Shown: piece after piece, positions 32,791 through 40,896 of the stretch | Numbering within the stretch: the first letter of the stretch is position 1 | Layout: each line of letters begins with the position of its first letter | From: a virus | IMG/VR virus record: IMGVR_UViG_3300039239_000007 | Span: 1 to 51,074 of that record | Direction: 5' to 3' (one strand) | Length of the DNA stretch: 51,074 nucleotides | Notes under the pieces: generated by a model | Told to the model about the DNA's origin: nothing | Seen by the model: the letters and a program-made list of their open reading frames with translations, nothing else | Databases searched by the model: none | Translations under genes and position numbers: made by a program

Positions 32791-32802
32791 ATTGTTCGAC
32801 TG

Positions 32803-32836
32803 ACCGGCGGCGCTTCGGCGTCTCCGGTTTTTATTT
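32803..32836 (+). terminator. Rho-independent terminator
   Basis: ACCGGCGGCGC-ttcg-GCGTCTCCGGT forms an 11-position stem (1 mismatch, 1 G-U) with a UUCG loop, followed by TTTTTATTT. It lies 13 nt after the stop at 32790. Confidence 0.7.
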
Positions 32837-32882
32837 GCCTGAAACCTTCGGAAAAATCCGACGATCGAGAGGAAAATTCAGA

Positions 32883-33437
32883 ATGGCAGCAGCAGTAGGA
32901 CACAACACCGAAAAGGCTGAACGCGAGCGCCGCGTTCTCTTCGCCTTCTACCACAAGAAGGACCGCGATGTCGCGGCCCAGATCAAGGCTCTGCAGGCCG
33001 AGAAGTCATCGAACCGGCAGAACGCCAAGGCTTCCGGCTTCCCGGCGCAGAAGCTCGACCACTACCTCAAATCCTTCAATGCCGAGGATCACCAGAAGCC
33101 GGTCGACAAGCTCAAGAGCGAGCGCGAGAACCTTGAATGGCTCGGCTACATCCCGGCGACGTCCGGCGGCGACTTGCTGGCCCAGATCGACCGTGTCGAC
33201 AATGAGCAGATGATCCAGGCCAAAGGCTTCCATGCTGGTTTGACTGGCCTCGATCGCGTCTCGGGCTACGACGGCGGCTCGGTTGACGACAAGCTCTGGC
33301 TCGAATCCTACGACGCCGGCAAGGCCGAATACGACACTGAAATTCCCGACATCATGGCGCGCATCACTGCGGCGCAGTCGAAGGAGGAAGCGCCGGCGAC
33401 TGGCGATGATCCCTTCGAGCTCGATCAGACGAACTGA
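32883..33437 (+). CDS. Protein with a GapR/DUF2312-like N-terminal region
   Basis: Internal Met MAAAVGHN... of ORF 32835..33437. ...QNAKASGFPAQKLDHYLKSFNAEDHQKPVDKLKSERENLEWLGY parallels the GapR pattern AEAKGNGFDVKVLKKVV...ILDLYLSAIG. Motif-level similarity only. Confidence 0.45.
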   Translation: MAAAVGHNTEKAERERRVLFAFYHKKDRDVAAQIKALQAEKSSNRQNAKASGFPAQKLDHYLKSFNAEDHQKPVDKLKSERENLEWLGYIPATSGGDLLAQIDRVDNEQMIQAKGFHAGLTGLDRVSGYDGGSVDDKLWLESYDAGKAEYDTEIPDIMARITAAQSKEEAPATGDDPFELDQTN

Positions 33438-33477
33438 GTTCCCCCGGCCAGCAGACCTCCCAAGCGCTGGCCCAACT

Positions 33478-33524
33478 AACCCGGTGCGAGAATGTAAAGC
33501 GGACCCCGCACCGGGTTCTTTCTT
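33478..33524 (+). terminator. Rho-independent terminator
   Basis: Perfect 11-bp stem AACCCGGTGCG (33478..33488) / CGCACCGGGTT (33507..33517) with an 18-nt loop, followed by TTCTTTCTT. Confidence 0.65.
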
Positions 33525-33532
33525 CCACGAGG

Positions 33533-33892
33533 ATGGCAATGAACCACATACCTCAGACAAGCCAGTTCTCTTGCCCGTGCTGCGGAAACACCATCGCTAC
33601 GGCGGCTCCCGTCGACATGGTCAAGGACAAGATTTCCCGCGGGCATAACGAACGCATCTTCTCCCTGCTTGCTTCACGCCTAGGTCGCTTCGTTTCCAAG
33701 GATGCGATTGTCGAGCACATCTATGGTGACGACCCCGACGGCGGCCCAGATCGCGCGGACCACGTTGTCTCGGTGCTGGTCAACAAGCTGAAAAACTCCA
33801 TCGAGCCTTACGGCTGGACGATCAAGAGCATCGGTCGTGGTTCTGGCAACAAGGCGCATTACAGCCTGGCGCCGATCGAGGTGACGCCATGA
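33533..33892 (+). CDS. Zinc-ribbon + winged-helix (OmpR/PhoB C-terminal-like) DNA-binding protein
   Basis: CPCC near the N-terminus. The pattern FVSKDAIVEHIYGDDPDGGPDRADHVVSVLVNKLKNSIEPYGWTIKSIGRGSG resembles trans_reg_C domains. Confidence 0.6.
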   Translation: MAMNHIPQTSQFSCPCCGNTIATAAPVDMVKDKISRGHNERIFSLLASRLGRFVSKDAIVEHIYGDDPDGGPDRADHVVSVLVNKLKNSIEPYGWTIKSIGRGSGNKAHYSLAPIEVTP

Positions 33893-34488
33893 GGGTTCTC
33901 GGTCTCGACGTTTCAAAACACGCTGGCTGGGCTCTTTGGGAAACAAAGAATGCTCTCGCATCGATCCGCTGCGACGTGATGGAATTCCCGGCAAAGGCAT
34001 CCATCGAATACTGTGCCGATCAGATGGGGCTTAAGGTGACGAAGCTCATCAAGGACGAGAAGCCGGATTTCATCGTTCTCGAAACCGCGCTCAAGATGAG
34101 CCCCAAGGGTTCGGCCGCAACGGTATCCTCCTGCATGCTGCACGGCGCGGTCTATGCCACGCTCGGAAATTGGGGGAAGCCATGGGGAACGATCAGTGCG
34201 GCTACCTGGCGCAAGATGTTCTTCGGCGCTGGCTACAAGCCGCCACTCGACAATCACGGCAAGAACGACTGGAAGCGCGCCGCTATTGAGCAGTGCGAAC
34301 TGGAAGGCATCATCTTGCCGGCGAAGAAGGCCACCCGAGACAATGCGGCAGAAGCTGCTGCGCTCGCTGTGTGCTGGCGCGGCGTCGAGATCCATGCGGG
34401 CCGGTACCGTCCGGCATTCCAAGACTTCCTGCAGCAGCGCAACGAGCGCGCTCCGTCTGGAGATCTGTTCGCGGGAGTGGGCGCATGA
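33889..34488 (+). CDS. RuvC-like Holliday junction resolvase
   Basis: MRVLGLDVSKHAGWALWE (first acidic motif), FIVLETA, and RDNAAEAAALAVCW (C-terminal Asp motif). Confidence 0.65.
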   Translation: MRVLGLDVSKHAGWALWETKNALASIRCDVMEFPAKASIEYCADQMGLKVTKLIKDEKPDFIVLETALKMSPKGSAATVSSCMLHGAVYATLGNWGKPWGTISAATWRKMFFGAGYKPPLDNHGKNDWKRAAIEQCELEGIILPAKKATRDNAAEAAALAVCWRGVEIHAGRYRPAFQDFLQQRNERAPSGDLFAGVGA

Positions 34489-34490
34489 CC

Positions 34491-34742
34491 TCACTTGTCG
34501 CGAACAAACACATGCGCCTCTTCTGCAGCCTTCAGGAAGGCATTGCGGGCCTTATCGGGTTCCTCTCGGCCTTCCAGCACAGCAAGGCAAATCATCTTCG
34601 CGCGGGTCAGTTTCTCCCCGCTGTCCGTCGGCCATTGGTTCATCAGCGTAAATGCGGCCTCGCTGGTGCTATCAATCGTACGGTACTGGCCGATCTTGCC
34701 GGTCTGAAATGTAACCGGCTTGTTCCATCGTTTCGGGTCCAT
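34491..34742 (-). CDS. DUF982-domain protein (opposite-strand insert)
   Basis: Internal Met of ORF 34491..34883. MDPKRWNKPVTFQTGKIGQYRTIDSTSEAAFTLMNQWPTDSGEKLTRAKMICLAVLEGREEPDKARNAFLKAAEEAHV matches the DUF982 pattern (W..PV...., WP, AR.AF..AA). Confidence 0.7.
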   Translation of the reverse strand: MDPKRWNKPVTFQTGKIGQYRTIDSTSEAAFTLMNQWPTDSGEKLTRAKMICLAVLEGREEPDKARNAFLKAAEEAHVFVRDK

Positions 34743-34806
34743 GACGCGATACCTCCCGGTGCGATTCAACTGATTTCCAATCTCGTTGTTCCAGGAGGTG
34801 CGCATA

Positions 34807-35328
34807 GTGGGCAAGCGATCTGATTTCGAGCGTCGGAAAAACGACGCGTACCAGACACCATCGCCAGCAGTCCTTCCGCTCATCCCTCATCTTCGCGGCA
34901 TCAAGACCTTTGCAGAGCCTTGCTCCGGAGAAGGAAAGCTTGTGAGGGCGCTGGAGAGCTATGGCCTCGTCTGCAATTTCTTCGATGACATCGAGAACGG
35001 TTTTGATGCTCTTACTGACGACAGTCTGGAGCTTGCCCGCTTCGATGCTATTATCACTAACCCGCCATGGACGCGCGAAATACTGCACCCAATGATTCTA
35101 CGCTTCCAGTCAATCGCGCCGACGTGGTTGCTCTTTGACGCCGATTGGGTTCATACGCGCCAAGCTCTGCCGTTCCTCGACCAGTGCAGCCACATCGTCA
35201 GCGTTGGACGGGTGAAATGGATCGAGGACTCTAAGTTCACCGGCAAAGACAATGCAGCATGGCACCGTTTCCATAGCCAGCATGTCGGCGGCCCTCGGTT
35301 CTTCGCCAGAGAGGCGGTGGCAGCATGA
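34807..35328 (+). CDS. N6-adenine (amino) DNA methyltransferase, small gamma-type
   Basis: GTG start 8 nt after AGGAGG. Motifs YQTP, FAEPCSGEG (SAM-binding motif I) and IITNPPW (motif IV). Confidence 0.7.
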   Translation: MGKRSDFERRKNDAYQTPSPAVLPLIPHLRGIKTFAEPCSGEGKLVRALESYGLVCNFFDDIENGFDALTDDSLELARFDAIITNPPWTREILHPMILRFQSIAPTWLLFDADWVHTRQALPFLDQCSHIVSVGRVKWIEDSKFTGKDNAAWHRFHSQHVGGPRFFAREAVAA

Positions 35329-36773
35329 ACGCCATGCCACAAGAATTCGCTGCCATACCGGCGAACATCGACGCTGAACAGCAATTGATCGGAGCCTTGC
35401 TGATCAACAACGAAGCGCTGGAAGCTCTTCCGAGCTCGTTTGACGATCGGCATTTCTTCGAGCCGTTTCACCAGTCTGTGTTTCGGGAAATAAAGCGCCT
35501 TGTGGAATTGGGGAAGAGCGCAAACCCTGTGACGGTGAAGGCGGGCGTTGATACCGGCGCCATGATCGGAGACCTCACAACTTCTCAATATCTGGCGCGC
35601 ATGGCGTCCGAGGCCGTTTCCATCATCAACGTTCCCGGATTTGCCCAAGCGATCACATTCGATGCCATGCGCCGCGGTCTCATTTCCGTTGGTGAGCAGG
35701 CGGGGGAGCTTGGCTTTCAATGCGGCGACGAACTGACGTTCATCGAACAGGCAGACGCTCTTAGAGAACAATTTGAGCGCATCGTGCGCGGTCTGGAATC
35801 GGATGATGAACTGACCTTGGCGGATGCGGCCGATCGCGCCCTGAGCGCTACCAACAACGCTTTCCGTGGCAATGGGCATACAGGTGTCGATTATGGCTTC
35901 TCGCCTCTGTCGGGCCTGATCGGGCCAGCAATGCCAGGACAGCTTATCGTGATCGGCGGCGGCACCAAGCAGGGCAAGTCAACGCTCATCGAGCAGATCG
36001 TCATGGGTGCCGCGATGAACGGCCACCCGGTCTGGGTTTATTCCGGGGAAATGCAGGGTGAAGAGCTTGCCCACCGCGCGCTGTCCCGCATCACCGACAT
36101 TCAGGCGTGGCGCCAGATACGCGGAAAGGTTTCGGAATCCGAAGTCGAGAAGCTCATGATCGCCAAGACCAACGCCATGACATGGCAGGAGCGGGTAATC
36201 ATCCGCGACAAACCGATGACGCTGACACAGATAGAGCGATCCGTCACCAACTTCACCGCCCGTCATCCCGGGGGCATGGCTATAGTCGACCATATCGGCC
36301 TCGTGGAGCGCGACAAGAGCAACATGCGGCTCACCGATCAGGATTTCGGCCCGCTCGTCACACGCACGCTCAAGATGCTGGCGAACAAGGCCTCGCTACC
36401 GATCTTCGCGGCGGCACAGCTAAAGAAGAACACCTTCGCGATCGAGGACCGCACCATCACCCGCAAGACCTTCGAGCAGGCCATCAACCGCCGGCCGAAA
36501 TATGCGGACATCCTTGGTTCCGTCGAGAAAGACGCCAACCACGTCATCATTCCATTCCGAGCCGAGCCGATCCTGCAGGAGCTTGAGCCGGTCGAAGGCT
36601 CCATCAACTACGGAGATTGGGAAGCCGTCATGAGCCAAGTGAAAGACAAGGCAGAAATTATCCTAGCCCTGTCCCGCCATACCCGCTGGCCACAGCGAAA
36701 GGAGGTTGGCTGGAACGGCGGCAAGACCATGTTCACCGAACTCAATCCCCACGATCAGGGGAGGATGTTCTGA
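35325..36773 (+). CDS. dnaB: Replicative DNA helicase DnaB
   Basis: 482 aa. N-terminal PANIDAEQQLIGALLINNEAL, Walker A GGGTKQGKST, RecA-like C-terminal domain. Confidence 0.92.
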   Translation: MNAMPQEFAAIPANIDAEQQLIGALLINNEALEALPSSFDDRHFFEPFHQSVFREIKRLVELGKSANPVTVKAGVDTGAMIGDLTTSQYLARMASEAVSIINVPGFAQAITFDAMRRGLISVGEQAGELGFQCGDELTFIEQADALREQFERIVRGLESDDELTLADAADRALSATNNAFRGNGHTGVDYGFSPLSGLIGPAMPGQLIVIGGGTKQGKSTLIEQIVMGAAMNGHPVWVYSGEMQGEELAHRALSRITDIQAWRQIRGKVSESEVEKLMIAKTNAMTWQERVIIRDKPMTLTQIERSVTNFTARHPGGMAIVDHIGLVERDKSNMRLTDQDFGPLVTRTLKMLANKASLPIFAAAQLKKNTFAIEDRTITRKTFEQAINRRPKYADILGSVEKDANHVIIPFRAEPILQELEPVEGSINYGDWEAVMSQVKDKAEIILALSRHTRWPQRKEVGWNGGKTMFTELNPHDQGRMF

Positions 36774-37822
36774 TGGAAGTCCTAGACCTTTTCAGCGCGG
36801 CGGCCGGTGGCTGGTCGCTCGGAATGCACAGGGCCGGGTTCAAAACCATTGCGGCCTGCGAAAACGTCGCGTGGCGCCGCGCAATCTATCAGGAGAACAA
36901 CCCGGATGTCCTTATCTATGACGATGTCTGCACACTCACAGCAGATCGAATTATTCGAGATACCGGACGTTTCCCACCCATCGTCGTCGGAAGCCCCCCG
37001 TGCCAGGACATCTCCAGCGCCAACACAAAAGGCAAAGGCGTCGAAGGGGAAAGAAGCGGCCTCTACTTTGAAGCCATCCGCATCATCGGAGAGGGCCGAC
37101 CTCGTTGGTTCGCTCTTGAAAACAGCTCTAATCTCCGAACTCGGGGAGCTGACGCCGTCCTCGCTGCACTGGAAGCACTCGGCTACACCTGCTGGACGTT
37201 CGTGGTACGTGCTGGGGACATCGGAGCCAATCACGAGCGGCCCAGAAGTTGGATCATTGGCTGCGATCCAGAGCAAGTTGCCGACGCCGATGGCTTCAGA
37301 CGGGATGAAGGATGGAGCCGGGGGTGGTGCGGGTTTGACTTATCCATTTCGAATGATTCTTTCCACGCCGCGGGCCTCAGACATGAAAGCTGGCGGTCAC
37401 GGAGCGCCAGGACGGACCGGTACAGTGAGACACATGTTGCACGAATCGTACCTACCGACTCCTCGGGCTTCGGAGGCCTACCACGGGCCAGATATGACGT
37501 CGCACAGCCCGAACATCAAGGCGCGTCTCCAGAACAACGATCCGAGGTGGCTGGGAGCAATGGCTTTGGCCGAAATTCTTCAGAACCATGGGCTTCGTGG
37601 AACGGCGGCATTACCAATCACATACGGCTGGATGATGGGCTTTCCACCTGGCTGGCTGGCACGCGCATTGCAGTCGGCGGTCCGCGCGGGACATCTGCAG
37701 CAAGTCTTATCGTTGAAGCGTTCGGTGACGCAGTCGTCCCGCAAATCCCGGAAGCAATAGGGAAAGCCATCTTGCGCACGGAAAGAGCCTTGGCGGCAAT
37801 TTATGAAAGGGCGTCGGCATGA
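36773..37822 (+). CDS. DNA (cytosine-5) methyltransferase; central part possibly encoded in the overlapping +1 frame
   Basis: Frame 2 carries DLFSAAAGGWSLG (I), GSPPCQDIS (IV), FALENS (VI), HERPRSWIIG (VIII) and FGDAVVPQIPEAIG (X). TGATG coupling to the dnaB stop. See the finding on frame 3 (36807..37760). Confidence 0.8.
   Translation: MEVLDLFSAAAGGWSLGMHRAGFKTIAACENVAWRRAIYQENNPDVLIYDDVCTLTADRIIRDTGRFPPIVVGSPPCQDISSANTKGKGVEGERSGLYFEAIRIIGEGRPRWFALENSSNLRTRGADAVLAALEALGYTCWTFVVRAGDIGANHERPRSWIIGCDPEQVADADGFRRDEGWSRGWCGFDLSISNDSFHAAGLRHESWRSRSARTDRYSETHVARIVPTDSSGFGGLPRARYDVAQPEHQGASPEQRSEVAGSNGFGRNSSEPWASWNGGITNHIRLDDGLSTWLAGTRIAVGGPRGTSAASLIVEAFGDAVVPQIPEAIGKAILRTERALAAIYERASA
37648..37660 (+). 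repeat. Tetranucleotide tract CTGGCTGGCTGGC, (TGGC)3, inside the C5-MTase gene
   Basis: Read directly from ...tttccacCTGGCTGGCTGGCacgc... Confidence 0.9.
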
Positions 37823-38172
37823 CCAACCAGTACGCGGCATACGTTCAAGAAGTGCCAGGCGGATATAGAGCCATGATCCGGGTATGCCGGGAAGCCAAGC
37901 CGAACCCCGTGATGGACAAGGGCGACAAGCCGAAGATCTATCCAACCAGAGCCGCCGCCCTGACAGAACTGCTGTCTCACGTCGTCGGCTTCATGAACGG
38001 CCGTCCGATCCGCGGCGAGCATTTCAACGATGAACCAGCCACCAGCACTGCCGACGCCCATTTCAACCTCAAGCCATTCGTCAAAGCCAAGGGCAGCAAT
38101 AAGCGAACCATTGTCGAGAAGGCACGACGCAAGGGCAAAGAGACCAGCGTGGAAAGGAGGGAAATGGCATGA
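37819..38172 (+). CDS. Hypothetical protein
   Basis: 117 aa with an ATGA overlap. Confidence 0.6.
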   Translation: MTNQYAAYVQEVPGGYRAMIRVCREAKPNPVMDKGDKPKIYPTRAAALTELLSHVVGFMNGRPIRGEHFNDEPATSTADAHFNLKPFVKAKGSNKRTIVEKARRKGKETSVERREMA

Positions 38173-38507
38173 AGAAGTACGCCACTATCCATTTCGCTTG
38201 CAACGATGGCGACGACGGTTCTTTCGCTGGGAAAGTGTGTGCGGCCTCCTACGGGGAGAATGAACTTGAGACGATCGGCATGGGCGACATCAAGTTCACC
38301 GCCGGCGAAGACTTCATCCGCATTCATCGTCGGACCTTCAAGGTTATTGGCCGGTCGTATTGGGTTGGCAACTGGTGCTGGGACTCGTTCCGCATGACGC
38401 GCAGCGAGGCGAAGAAGCTTTTGGCTTGTCTTCGCAAGAACGGATGGAGGTGTACGCACGGCCGTGTCCACTTCGGCAGATGGATGGATAAGGAACAAGC
38501 AGCATGA
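38169..38507 (+). CDS. Hypothetical Cys/Trp-rich protein
   Basis: 112 aa with an ATGA overlap. Confidence 0.6.
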   Translation: MKKYATIHFACNDGDDGSFAGKVCAASYGENELETIGMGDIKFTAGEDFIRIHRRTFKVIGRSYWVGNWCWDSFRMTRSEAKKLLACLRKNGWRCTHGRVHFGRWMDKEQAA

Positions 38508-38992
38508 AGCGACCAAACGTATACCTCGACCTTGACGGCGTCATGGCTGACTTCGACGCTCACTTTCCGGCCCTGTTCGGTGTCGATCACCGTACGATGC
38601 TTGATGACGACATGTGGGCGACAATCAATGCCCACCCTTCGTATTTCCGAGACATGCCGCAGTGCCCCGGCGCAAAAGAGTTCTTCGACCGGATATCCTG
38701 GCTGAACCCGATCATCCTGACGGCGTGCCCAAAGTCCAATTACGCCCACGTAGCGCGGCAGAAGCGCGAATGGGTGAGGGAACACCTTTCCAGCACCTGC
38801 CATATCCTCCCGGTCATGGGTGGGCGCAATAAGCCTCTCTTCATGCACTCGCGTGGTGACATCCTCATCGATGACTTTGAGCGCAATATCAAGGCTTGGC
38901 GCGAGGAGGGCGGCTTTGGCATCCTTCACACGGATTTTGCAACGTCTCGCGATATGCTGGAGCGTGAAATGGTGCGGAGCGCCGCAGCATGA
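38504..38992 (+). CDS. HAD-family 5'(3')-deoxyribonucleotidase-like protein
   Basis: N-terminal YLDLDGVMADF (DxDxV nucleophile motif) and a later ILIDDF motif. 162 aa, the typical NT5C size. Confidence 0.75.
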   Translation: MKRPNVYLDLDGVMADFDAHFPALFGVDHRTMLDDDMWATINAHPSYFRDMPQCPGAKEFFDRISWLNPIILTACPKSNYAHVARQKREWVREHLSSTCHILPVMGGRNKPLFMHSRGDILIDDFERNIKAWREEGGFGILHTDFATSRDMLEREMVRSAAA

Positions 38993-39321
38993 CCCACCAC
39001 CGCTCCCTATACACCAAGGAACAGATAGCCGCTGCTGCTGCGCTATGGCGTGACGGCTACACGATGTACGACATGGCGGAAAAGCTCGGCATGACCTGGA
39101 GCGCGGTCAAGAACATGACCAGCACGCGCCGCGGCACATTCCCGTACCGCAAGAGGAATACCCGACGCGCAGACCCGATCGTCAAACAGGTGGATGAAGC
39201 GCCGGCGCCAGCGCCTCTCAAGGCTGGCTGCGTGGTCAGAACCACATTCACCGGTGCCAAGGTCACTTTGCCGCGTGTCGCGTTCATCGACGGCCCAGAG
39301 CCGGAAAGCGAGGCAGCATGA
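38989..39321 (+). CDS. GcrA-like N-terminal HTH protein
   Basis: YTKEQIAAAAALWRDGYTMYDMAEKLGMTWSAVKNMTSTRR parallels GcrA W.DE....L..LW..G.SA..IA..LG..SRNAVIGK..R. Motif-level similarity only. Confidence 0.45.
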   Translation: MTHHRSLYTKEQIAAAAALWRDGYTMYDMAEKLGMTWSAVKNMTSTRRGTFPYRKRNTRRADPIVKQVDEAPAPAPLKAGCVVRTTFTGAKVTLPRVAFIDGPEPESEAA

Positions 39322-39827
39322 ACCAGATGGTGACAATCTCCTATGAGGAGCAGTTGAAAGCGAAAGCCAAGGCTGTCCGTCAACGATTGATGGGCAAGGG
39401 GAAGATCGTCAACATTCTGACCGAGGTTCACTCATCCGAGGTTGATGGTGACATCAAACACCTTCCTCCAACAGCATTGATGAGAATGCGAGAGCCGCGA
39501 GAGCACGTTAACACCTGGTTTCTCCACCAGCGCGCTATACGAGATGCAGAGCGCGACCCTAATCAGGTTCGGAAGTTCATTAAACTCCGCTGCATCGCCT
39601 ATGGGATGACATATGAACGGTTCCAGTCCGATAAACGTGACCGGGAAACCTCTATGACCAGCCGGCAGATCATTCTCGACACGGATGCGCAATTCCCCGG
39701 TCTGGAAGCAACTCTCCTCGGTCGATTGGCTCGCAAGAACCACACCACGATCCTTTACATGCGAGGCACGGTCAAAAAGGGCTTTGTCTCAAAGTGGAGG
39801 AAGCAGCAAGAGGCGAGGGCACAATGA
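39318..39827 (+). CDS. DnaA domain IV-like HTH protein
   Basis: RDRETSMTSRQIILDTDAQFPGLEATLLGRLARKNHTTILYM resembles the Bac_DnaA_C pattern (R....R...M.L.......IG..F.R.HTT). Confidence 0.5.
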   Translation: MNQMVTISYEEQLKAKAKAVRQRLMGKGKIVNILTEVHSSEVDGDIKHLPPTALMRMREPREHVNTWFLHQRAIRDAERDPNQVRKFIKLRCIAYGMTYERFQSDKRDRETSMTSRQIILDTDAQFPGLEATLLGRLARKNHTTILYMRGTVKKGFVSKWRKQQEARAQ

Positions 39828-40273
39828 AGCACCACGCCCACCGATGCGACATCTATAAGATTGCCCGTCAGTGTGGCGTGAAGCTCTTTGACGGGCATCT
39901 GCATAGCCCAACCAGCCGGAAGCCATTCGAGTGCTACTGCAAGCCCACTGTGAGGGAAATCGGCACGGTGCATGGTGAAGAACACCTGAAGCTCGTCTTC
40001 ATGCTGATGACCGGCAACAGAAACAATGCGGCCGAGCTGTATTCCGACATGATCAAGGCCGTTTCATCGGTCATAATTCGGAACCCTGATCTGGAAAAGC
40101 GTTCAACATTACTGAACGACTTTGATAAAATAGACCTCGGCAGCCTGCGCCGGAAGGCAAGGGCAATGAACTGCGGAATACCGACGAGCCATGTGCTGCG
40201 CGTACTCATCGGGATCAAGTTTTTTCAGCCCGTGCAGGGCGATCTAATCGACATGATAGGAGATGCGGCGTGA
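39824..40273 (+). CDS. Hypothetical protein
   Basis: Internal Met MKHHAHRCDIY... forms an ATGA overlap. 149 aa. Confidence 0.6.
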   Translation: MKHHAHRCDIYKIARQCGVKLFDGHLHSPTSRKPFECYCKPTVREIGTVHGEEHLKLVFMLMTGNRNNAAELYSDMIKAVSSVIIRNPDLEKRSTLLNDFDKIDLGSLRRKARAMNCGIPTSHVLRVLIGIKFFQPVQGDLIDMIGDAA

Positions 40274-40896
40274 GCTATCAGGCATGGACATATGAGGCGG
40301 TGCGAGATCGGGTCATAGAGGCCGCACAGACGCTTTTGGCATCTCCTGCGGCACTTGGGCCACGGATGAGCCAAGGTGCATTCAGCGAGATGGTATCCGC
40401 CGTTATCGCGACTGAATACGACAGGGCACCATCCTATCGGCGGGTCATCTCGGCAGGCGCACTCAGCCGGATGGAACAGACCTGGACGTGGATCAATTCC
40501 TACCTCGATGAAGCAGATCGCAAGCTGGTCTACGATTATGGCTTCATCAAAAGCCGGAAAGGTGTTTACCTTGAGCGGTATCTTGAGAAAAACGACATGG
40601 TACGCCGAACTTTCGAACGGAAAATTCAGCGGGCTTGTCAACTAATTGCGAACAATCTCAACCGATTGTATTCGGTTCGGTTAACAATGACGCTGGACGA
40701 CGTGTCGCAAAACGAGGTAGATATCGCGTCAACAACGGTATCGTCCGAAAGTCGCGACCGCAGGGAAACACACTGGATCGCACCGGACGGCAAGCCGCTC
40801 ATCGATACCGCTCTTCCAGAAAAGAGATACATCGATCACCGGGATATCCGGGCGCGGCATTCTGAACGAAACAGGAGCCTTGGCGCAAAGGTGTAA
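40270..40896 (+). CDS. Hypothetical protein, candidate late-gene regulator by position
   Basis: 208 aa with a GTG start. Last gene before the gene-poor stretch upstream of the packaging genes. A helix-rich segment (RTFERKIQRACQLIANNLN) suggests DNA binding. Confidence 0.5.
   Translation: MSYQAWTYEAVRDRVIEAAQTLLASPAALGPRMSQGAFSEMVSAVIATEYDRAPSYRRVISAGALSRMEQTWTWINSYLDEADRKLVYDYGFIKSRKGVYLERYLEKNDMVRRTFERKIQRACQLIANNLNRLYSVRLTMTLDDVSQNEVDIASTTVSSESRDRRETHWIAPDGKPLIDTALPEKRYIDHRDIRARHSERNRSLGAKV

Noticed and set aside
36807-37760. 317-aa frame-3 ORF treated as an independent overlapping gene starting at its own ATG
   Set aside because: Its first ~150 residues are S/R/P/T-rich junk overlapping the well-supported frame-2 MTase motifs I-VIII. 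Only the 37275..37655 part looks protein-like. It is therefore treated as part of the MTase frame problem (see findings) and not as a separate gene.
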